Made by a program: the position numbers and the translations under genes. Of a DNA stretch of 32,000 bases, positions 26,218-32,000 are shown piece by piece (within the stretch, counting starts at the first letter, position 1; every line of letters begins with the position of its first letter). Source of the DNA: Ignicoccus hospitalis KIN4/I (GTDB lineage Archaea; Thermoproteota; Thermoprotei_A; Sulfolobales; Ignicoccaceae); the NCBI RefSeq assembly GCF_000017945.1, contig NC_009776.1, positions 540,001-572,000 of the forward strand. Direction: 5' to 3'. The notes below the pieces were generated by a model, which worked only from the letters and a program-made list of their open reading frames with translations, did no database searches and was not told where the DNA came from.

Positions 26218-26491
26218 TGCCCTCCACCTTCTCCCACTCCTTCATCAAGCGCTTCAACTCTTCTTCGTACCTCTTCTCCAGCTCGGGGAGGGGCACGGGC
26301 CTCGGCCTCTTGCTGACGGTGAAGAGCGCCCACAAGACTAAGGCCGCGATCGCGGAGTTGACCAGAGTTAAGTAAACTCTCAAGAAGGTTAGGAAAGGCT
26401 CCGGCGGGGTGAGCCACGTCAAGGCTAGCAAGAGCAAGTATATTACGACCGTGGTTGCCATCGCTATTGTCAGCTTGTGAGCCTTCTTCAT
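26198..26491 (-). CDS. Small two-TM membrane protein with charged C-terminal tail
   Basis: 97 aa; TIAMATTVVIYLLLLALTWL and FLRVYLTLVNSAIAALVLWALFTV; overlaps the start of 23989..26217 by 20 nt. Confidence 0.65.
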   Translation of the reverse strand: MKKAHKLTIAMATTVVIYLLLLALTWLTPPEPFLTFLRVYLTLVNSAIAALVLWALFTVSKRPRPVPLPELEKRYEEELKRLMKEWEKVEGSEGGSN

Positions 26492-26518
26492 GATCTGATT
26501 TGCCCTTCTCGGCGTGCT

Positions 26519-27670
26519 TCAAGCGGCCAAAAACTCTTTTGCAAGAGCTTCGGGCTCTATGAAGCACAAGGGGTCCTCGGCCCACGGGTCGCCGAAGATC
26601 GCGTAAGCCCTACCTCTGCTGCCGCCGCCGCAGATGTCCTTGTAAGGACAGCGCCCGCACTTGCCCTTGAGGTACTGCCCTACGTTTAAGAAGGGTTCGA
26701 GTTGGGGGTTGTCCCTCTTCAGTATTTCCTTCAAGCTCTTCTCCCTGACGTTGCCTAAGGTGACCCAATCTATGAACTGACACGGCTTGACGTCGCCGTT
26801 GGGATAGATGCTGACGCTCTTCCTGCCGCAGTCGCCTTGGGCTTGAAGCATCTTGAGGTACTCCTTGAACTCCTCCTCGTCCTTGGCCAGTTTCCTGGCT
26901 ATGTAAATTCCCATGAAGTTCCCCCTAACTATTAATATTTCAAGCTGGTCCGCGTACTCGCGCGCGAGGTCTATAACCACGTCAGCCATCCACTTGAGCT
27001 GCTCCTTAGTTGGGAGCCAGTCCTTTATCTCTTCGCCCCTCCCGATCGTGTCCAGTAAGTAAAACGACACCCTCTTTATCCCGTTCTCGGCGCTCCACTT
27101 GACTATGTCGGGAACTTCCTTTACGTTGTACCGAGTTATGGTGGTCCTTATTCCCACGTCCAGACCGGCTTCTACGCTGTTCTTTATCCCCTCTAAGGTA
27201 GCCTTGAAAGCCCCGGGGACTCCCCTAAACTTGTCGTGGTAAGCGGGGACTATCGAGTCTATGGAAATGCCGACGTATGAGAAGCCGTAATCCTTCAACC
27301 TTCTGGCTACGTCCTTCGTTATGAGAGTTCCATTGGTGCTTAAGGATAGTTTCGGAAATTGTGCCTTAGCCATCGGTTCGATGATCTCCCAAAAGTCCTT
27401 CCTAACCAAGGGTTCGCCGCCGGAGAGGATAACCAAAGGTATTCTCATTTCAACCATTTCTTCGCTCAAGCGCTTGGCCTCTTCCGTAGTCAGCTCGCTG
27501 GGGTCTTGTTGGGCCTTCGCCCTTATGTAGCAGTGAAGGCAACGTAAGTTACACTGGTAAGTGATGTTCCAGAACACGAGGGGGCGGAAGTAGTCTGTGA
27601 ACCGGGAGGGCTTCTTCCGGTGGTACTCGCCCTTTATCTTCGTAGAGACCGTTCCCCTCCCGACGACCAT
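26519..27670 (-). CDS. Radical SAM / SPASM-domain protein
   Basis: CNLRCLHC radical SAM motif, VILSGGEPLVR, SPASM cysteines (GDCGRKSVSIYPNGDVKPCQF...GKCGRCPYKDICGG...DPLC); likely ATG at 27670 with box A TTTAAA near 27723. Confidence 0.9.
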   Translation of the reverse strand: MVVGRGTVSTKIKGEYHRKKPSRFTDYFRPLVFWNITYQCNLRCLHCYIRAKAQQDPSELTTEEAKRLSEEMVEMRIPLVILSGGEPLVRKDFWEIIEPMAKAQFPKLSLSTNGTLITKDVARRLKDYGFSYVGISIDSIVPAYHDKFRGVPGAFKATLEGIKNSVEAGLDVGIRTTITRYNVKEVPDIVKWSAENGIKRVSFYLLDTIGRGEEIKDWLPTKEQLKWMADVVIDLAREYADQLEILIVRGNFMGIYIARKLAKDEEEFKEYLKMLQAQGDCGRKSVSIYPNGDVKPCQFIDWVTLGNVREKSLKEILKRDNPQLEPFLNVGQYLKGKCGRCPYKDICGGGSRGRAYAIFGDPWAEDPLCFIEPEALAKEFLAA

Positions 27671-27720
27671 AGTAGTTACCGGTATCAAGTCATAAAACCC
27701 AAGTCCGCCTCGCGCACTGT

Positions 27721-27729
27721 CGTTTAAAT
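27721..27729 (-). promoter_or_regulatory. Putative box A for the radical SAM gene
   Basis: minus-strand GATTTAAACG about 55 nt upstream of ATG 27670, immediately 3' of the 27730..28689 gene. Confidence 0.5.
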
Positions 27730-28689
27730 CTACGCCTTTTGTACCTTGGCCAACACGCCGGCCCAAATTATCGGCAAAAGAACGGTGGCGTCCCCGTAAA
27801 CAGTGGCGCTCCTCCCCTCGGGCTTCAGCTTGCCCCAAGTTATGGCCTCTCGGGGGCGCGCGCCGCTCAAGCTCCCGTCGTACTCTTGGGCCGTCGTCAA
27901 GTAGACTGCATAGTCCAGGCCCCCCTTAAACTGGTTCCACCAGATTACATGGTGTTTACTTATTCCCCCTCCCACGACGAGGGCGGCCGACCTCTTGCTG
28001 CTGAAGACCATGTCCGATAGGAGCTTCTCGTCCGCGAGGACGTCCAAGCAGAAGTCCTTCCCTTGTAGCTTGAGCTCCTCTGAGTACGTAAATATTGCCG
28101 TACCGAATGCGCCGTCGGTGATGCCAGGCACTATTACCGGGACCTTACGCTCCCACGCCGCCCTCAGTATGGAGTTCTCGTCCGAGAGCCTCTTTCCTAC
28201 CTCCCATATCAGTTCGTAAGGCGCTACCATAGTCTTTCCCAACTCCCTCAACACGTCCTTCACTAACCTCTCGACGGGGGGTCCGTAGTTCTCAACGGGT
28301 ATGAACACGTTTCCCAAACGGTGAATGTCGGACTTCGCCAACACGACGTCGTCAGCCTCGAAGTAGCCTTTGTAGTACTTATGCCCCAACGACCTGGCCA
28401 CGTCGTGGTCTAGGGTGCCGCAAGTGGTAACGACCACGTCGAAGTAGCCGGAGCGCACCATTTGTGCCAACAGCCCTCTGAGCCCCGTGGCGACCAAGTT
28501 AGCCGTGAACGACAAGAACCTCAAATCGCTATTCCTCAACCCCTCGCTCAACACCTCGACCGCCCTACAGACGTCGGCGGCAGTAAAGCCGTGGACCTTG
28601 CAGTACTTCTCTATCAAGTCCGCTACCGTGTCCCTCTCGCTTACCCTTATGTCCTCAACAGGCTCTTTTATGAAGTCCTCTCTGTTCAA
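27730..28689 (-). CDS. dys: Deoxyhypusine synthase
   Basis: 319 aa; TTCGTLDHDVARSLGHKYYKG, VPVIVPGITDGAFGTAIF, VVGGGISKHHVIWWNQFKGGLDYAVYLTTAQEYDGSLSGARPREAITWGK. Confidence 0.96.
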   Translation of the reverse strand: MNREDFIKEPVEDIRVSERDTVADLIEKYCKVHGFTAADVCRAVEVLSEGLRNSDLRFLSFTANLVATGLRGLLAQMVRSGYFDVVVTTCGTLDHDVARSLGHKYYKGYFEADDVVLAKSDIHRLGNVFIPVENYGPPVERLVKDVLRELGKTMVAPYELIWEVGKRLSDENSILRAAWERKVPVIVPGITDGAFGTAIFTYSEELKLQGKDFCLDVLADEKLLSDMVFSSKRSAALVVGGGISKHHVIWWNQFKGGLDYAVYLTTAQEYDGSLSGARPREAITWGKLKPEGRSATVYGDATVLLPIIWAGVLAKVQKA

Positions 28690-28761
28690 GAGTCCGCCCT
28701 TTAGGCCCCGCGCTTCGACCGCTTTTATGCTGCCTCGGACAACCCGAAGGGGAGTTAGGCT

Positions 28762-29322
28762 ATGGAAGAGAACGTCTTGGAGGTTGCTATCAAAAAGTTC
28801 TTAGAAGAAATGGGCGAAGACCCCAGCAGGCCGGGCTTGAGCGAAACCCCCGAGAGGTACGTGAGGGCTCTTAGAGAGCTCTTCAAAGGCTTGGAGACCC
28901 CCAAGCCTGAGCTGAAGACCTTCAAGACCGAGTACCTCCTCGGGGAGAACGACCTAATAGTAGTCAAGAACGTGTCTTTCAGCTCCTTGTGCGAACATCA
29001 CTTGCTGCCCATACTGGGCAGAGCTTCCATCGTGTACCACCCCAAGAGGGACGAGGTGATCGGTTTGAGCAAGATACCGAGGATAGTGAAGTGGTTAGCC
29101 AAGAGGCCTATGTTGCAAGAGAGGTTCACGGCCATGATTGCCGACGAGATAATGAAGGCCGGCGCGAGGGGCGTTTACGTCCTAGTTAGGGCGAAGCACT
29201 CTTGCGTAGCGGTTAGGGGGGTGGAGGACCCGGACGTGGAAATGATTACGGAGGCGGTGAGGGGCACTTTGGAGGCGAACCCGAGCTTGTTAGAAAGGGC
29301 AAGAAAACTTGTGTTAGACTAA
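28762..29322 (+). CDS. folE: GTP cyclohydrolase I (type IA, FolE)
   Basis: 186 aa; TPERYVRALRELF, SLCEHHLLPILGRASIVYHPK, GLSKIPRIVKWLAKRPMLQERFT, RAKHSCVAVRGVE. Confidence 0.95.
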   Translation: MEENVLEVAIKKFLEEMGEDPSRPGLSETPERYVRALRELFKGLETPKPELKTFKTEYLLGENDLIVVKNVSFSSLCEHHLLPILGRASIVYHPKRDEVIGLSKIPRIVKWLAKRPMLQERFTAMIADEIMKAGARGVYVLVRAKHSCVAVRGVEDPDVEMITEAVRGTLEANPSLLERARKLVLD

Positions 29323-30240
29323 GGCTAGGTAGGGCCTCTCGTCAGTACTGACTGTCGTTTGCGCAGCCATAGCCTTCCTCACGTGTTTTGGCAGCGAGAA
29401 CATCCCGACGTGCGTAATCCCGTCGTAGTACTTGAGCTCCCCTTCAAGCCTCTCCCGTATGAGGCGGTCGACTGCGTCGGGGCTCAAAGAGCTCGGGTCG
29501 GGGCCCGTGGAGCCCCAGACGAAGCCCCAAGTCGCGTCGAACGCTTGTACGAAGGAGTGGTAGCCTCCCGCCTTCTCGAACACTTCCTTGACGGTTCTAT
29601 ATACTACCGTGAACACGTCCAATGTGTAGGAAGTCGAGGTAGCTTGAGTGACCATTATTCCTTCATCCCTCAAGACCTTCTTCACCAATTCGTAGAACTC
29701 CTTGGTGTAGAGCTTAGCTGCAGGCGCGCCCTCAGTGGGGTCCACGAGGTCTATTATTACGACGTCGTAAGAGTTCTCCGGGGCTTCCTCCAAGAACTTG
29801 CGGCCGTCCTCTATAACGAGCTCTGCCCGAGGGTCGTCGAAGGACCCTCGGTGCCACTCCGGCAAGTACTTTTTACTGACTTTAATTACTTCCTCGTCTA
29901 AGTCAACCATCGTCACCTTCTTTACGCTCTTATGCTTCAAGACCTCCCTCAAGGTGGCCCCCTCGCCACCGCCCAGTATTAGGACCTCCGTGGGGTTGGG
30001 GTGGGCCAACATGACCGGGTGAACTAGCGACTCGTGGTAGATCCACTCGTCGTACTCGCTCGACTGGATCTTCCCGTCTAGTATTAATGCCTTCCCGACG
30101 TTGCAGAGCCTCGCAACGACTATCTCTTGGTACTTGCTCTTGCCTACGTACAAAGTCTCCAAGAGGCCGTGGGCGTGCATGGAACACGGCGTTTGGACCT
30201 CTAAGAACCAATTAAAGGTCTTCAAGGGAACTCTGTGCAC
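29314..30240 (-). CDS. speE: Polyamine aminopropyltransferase (spermidine synthase)
   Basis: 308 aa; LILDGKIQSSEYDEWIYHESLVHP, VLILGGGEGATLREVLKH, VIIDLVDPTEG, FVQAFDATWGFVWGS. Confidence 0.95.
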   Translation of the reverse strand: MHRVPLKTFNWFLEVQTPCSMHAHGLLETLYVGKSKYQEIVVARLCNVGKALILDGKIQSSEYDEWIYHESLVHPVMLAHPNPTEVLILGGGEGATLREVLKHKSVKKVTMVDLDEEVIKVSKKYLPEWHRGSFDDPRAELVIEDGRKFLEEAPENSYDVVIIDLVDPTEGAPAAKLYTKEFYELVKKVLRDEGIMVTQATSTSYTLDVFTVVYRTVKEVFEKAGGYHSFVQAFDATWGFVWGSTGPDPSSLSPDAVDRLIRERLEGELKYYDGITHVGMFSLPKHVRKAMAAQTTVSTDERPYLALV

Positions 30241-30263
30241 CCTTTTTCACCTCCCTAAGTCTT

Positions 30264-31226
30264 TTGAAAGCTCCGGAAGTTATCTGGGCTTTGGTGATAG
30301 AGATGCTAGAGGAAGTGCCGGTCCACGACCCTGAGGAGCTGAAGAACTTCGTGAGCGCGCTGACTTGTGAAGAAATAAAGGAGTTACTCGAAGAGGCCGA
30401 GAGGTACTTCGGACGCGAGGTCGAAATTATGGACTCCGTAGGGGGCGTGCTCTTCCACGGAGACATACACGGAGACGTAGACACCTTGTACAAGATATGG
30501 GAGCAAGTAGGCATAGAAAAAGTCTTGGACAAGTTCAAGCTGGTCTTCTTAGGAGACTACGTCGACAGGGGGGAGTACCAGCTGGAGGCTTTAACCTTGG
30601 TCTTGGCTTTAAAGGCAATGAGGCCCGAAGAAGTAGTGGTGCTAAGGGGGAACCACGAGCCGCCGGAGTGGCTGCCGCCGTCCCCCCACGACTTCCCGGA
30701 CGTGCTGGTCTCCAAGTGTGGTCCGAGCAAGGGAAGCGAAATATATAAGGTAGCCTTACAGCTCTTCGACTCCATGCCGGCGCTGGCGCTAATAGACGAC
30801 GTAGTCGCCCTCCACGGAGGGCCCCCTGTCTCAAAGGTAATGGAAGGGTGTGAGGGCGAGGATTGCCTTAAGGAGTTGGACCGCAAGAGCTTGGAGGAGG
30901 TGTTGTGGAGCGACCCGGACGAACTGATGGGCGGCAAGCTCTGCTCGTGGGAGGACCCCCCGAAGCTCTGCGTGGGGAGCAACCCGCGCGGCGCCGGGGT
31001 CGTCTGGGGCGCGGGGTTGACCAGAGAGTTCCTAGAGAGGCTCGGCTCGAAGTACATAGTAAGGGGCCACACCGCGGTGGACGGCTTTGCGCTCTCCCAC
31101 AACAATAGAGTGTACACGTTGTTCACGAGGTCCGGGCCTCCCTATTACAACGCGAACGCCGCGGCGTTACTATTAAAGAGAAATAGCTTCAACGTCATAG
31201 TGGTCCCGGCGTTGCCGATTCTTTGA
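30264..31226 (+). CDS. PPP-family serine/threonine protein phosphatase
   Basis: LFHGDIHGDVDTL, FLGDYVDRG, VLRGNHEPPEW, VIVRGHTAVDG; start codon uncertain. Confidence 0.92.
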   Translation: MKAPEVIWALVIEMLEEVPVHDPEELKNFVSALTCEEIKELLEEAERYFGREVEIMDSVGGVLFHGDIHGDVDTLYKIWEQVGIEKVLDKFKLVFLGDYVDRGEYQLEALTLVLALKAMRPEEVVVLRGNHEPPEWLPPSPHDFPDVLVSKCGPSKGSEIYKVALQLFDSMPALALIDDVVALHGGPPVSKVMEGCEGEDCLKELDRKSLEEVLWSDPDELMGGKLCSWEDPPKLCVGSNPRGAGVVWGAGLTREFLERLGSKYIVRGHTAVDGFALSHNNRVYTLFTRSGPPYYNANAAALLLKRNSFNVIVVPALPIL

Positions 31227-31254
31227 TGAATTGAGCAAAAGAATCCTCAGCATA

Positions 31255-31263
31255 CTATATAAT
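31255..31263 (+). promoter_or_regulatory. Putative box A for argG
   Basis: ACTATATAATC about 35-45 nt upstream of the candidate starts at 31297/31309. Confidence 0.5.
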
Positions 31264-31296
31264 CTGCACTAGAAGGTCCTTTATGGGCGCGCGGCT

Positions 31297-32000
31297 GTGA
31301 AGGGAGAAGTGTCTAAGATCGTTCTAGCCTACTCGGGAGGGCTGGACACGTCGGTTGCAGTGGCGTGGCTGAAGGAGAAGTTCGGGGCGGAAGTAATAAC
31401 TGTGACGGTAGATGTCGGACAAAAGGAAGATTTCAAGGAGATAGAGGAGAGGGCTTACAAGGCTGGCGCATCCAAGCATTACCTAATTGATGCTAAAGAA
31501 GAGTTCGTAAACAAGTACATAAAGCCAGCAATAATAGCGAACGCACTCTACGAGGAAGTCTACCCCTTAGGCACCGCGCTCGCCAGGCCCCTCATAGGGG
31601 AGAAGGTAATAGAAGTAGCCAGAAAGGAAGGGGCGGACGCGGTGGCTCACGGGGCCACGAGCAAGGGCAACGACCAAGTGCGGTTTGAAGCGGCCTTCAA
31701 GGCCTTAGCCCCAGAAATAAAGATAATAGCTCCTATAAGGATGTGGGGGATGAACAGAAAGGAAGAATACGAGTTCGCTAAGAAGAAGGGTATCCCGATA
31801 AGTGCTGAGTCCAAGAAATATAGCATAGACGAGAACTTGTGGTCTAGAAGCATAGAGGGTGGCGAGCTGGAGGACCCTTGGCAAGAGCCGCCGGAGGAGG
31901 CCTTCGAGTGGACCGTCCCTCCGGAGAAGGCGCCAGAGGAGCCCGCGTACTTAACGATCACCTTTGAGAAGGGTGTCCCGGTGGCCCTAAACGGCAAGAG
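31297..32000 (+). CDS. argG: Argininosuccinate synthase (5' part; runs off the window)
   Basis: GTG at 31297 (or in-frame GTG 31309); [41 protein letters not shown]..., [33 protein letters not shown]. Confidence 0.97.
   Translation, partial: MKGEVSKIVLAYSGGLDTSVAVAWLKEKFGAEVITVTVDVGQKEDFKEIEERAYKAGASKHYLIDAKEEFVNKYIKPAIIANALYEEVYPLGTALARPLIGEKVIEVARKEGADAVAHGATSKGNDQVRFEAAFKALAPEIKIIAPIRMWGMNRKEEYEFAKKKGIPISAESKKYSIDENLWSRSIEGGELEDPWQEPPEEAFEWTVPPEKAPEEPAYLTITFEKGVPVALNGK

Noticed and set aside
27671-27838. N-terminal extension of the radical SAM ORF into the deoxyhypusine synthase gene
   Set aside because: It runs antisense-free but overlaps another same-strand gene in a different frame with low-quality sequence; ATG 27670 with an upstream TTTAAA box fits better.
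29359-29901. 180-aa plus-strand ORF opposite spermidine synthase
   Set aside because: Shadow of a strongly supported gene; His/Arg/Val-rich translation without family motifs.

Overview
Archaeal (crenarchaeal-type, possibly Ignicoccus-like Desulfurococcales by inference) chromosomal window, densely packed with short intergenic gaps. It encodes mostly recognisable housekeeping genes: NAC, two beta-CASP/MBL RNA-processing proteins, AMMECR1, PhoU, ilvC, V/A-ATPase subunit I, PCNA, AdoMet decarboxylase-type protein, MgtE-like transporter, proteasome beta, TrxR-fold oxidoreductase, tRNA m2G10-type methyltransferase, flavodoxin-like protein, LysZ/ArgB kinase, deoxyhypusine synthase, FolE, spermidine synthase, PPP phosphatase and the start of argG. 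A glycan/nucleotide-sugar block spans about 18.0-26.5 kb. The non-coding island at 16.4-18.0 kb is the most interesting part. It holds (i) about 650 nt with no convincing gene, (ii) a 9-repeat CRISPR array with 26-nt, sequence-heterogeneous repeats, no cas genes in the window, and odd spacers (one with a perfect 16-nt palindrome, one flanked by 11-nt direct repeats), (iii) a nested hairpin element, and (iv) a tRNA-Lys(CUU) gene with an encoded CCA and a 32-nt intron that I place at non-canonical position 45/46. I did not find a clearly new multi-gene defence or metabolic system. The best leads are the orphan variable-repeat array and its flanks, a glycan locus with a two-domain dehydrogenase and an unassigned secreted protein, and a possible frameshifted 35-aa membrane peptide behind a good promoter.
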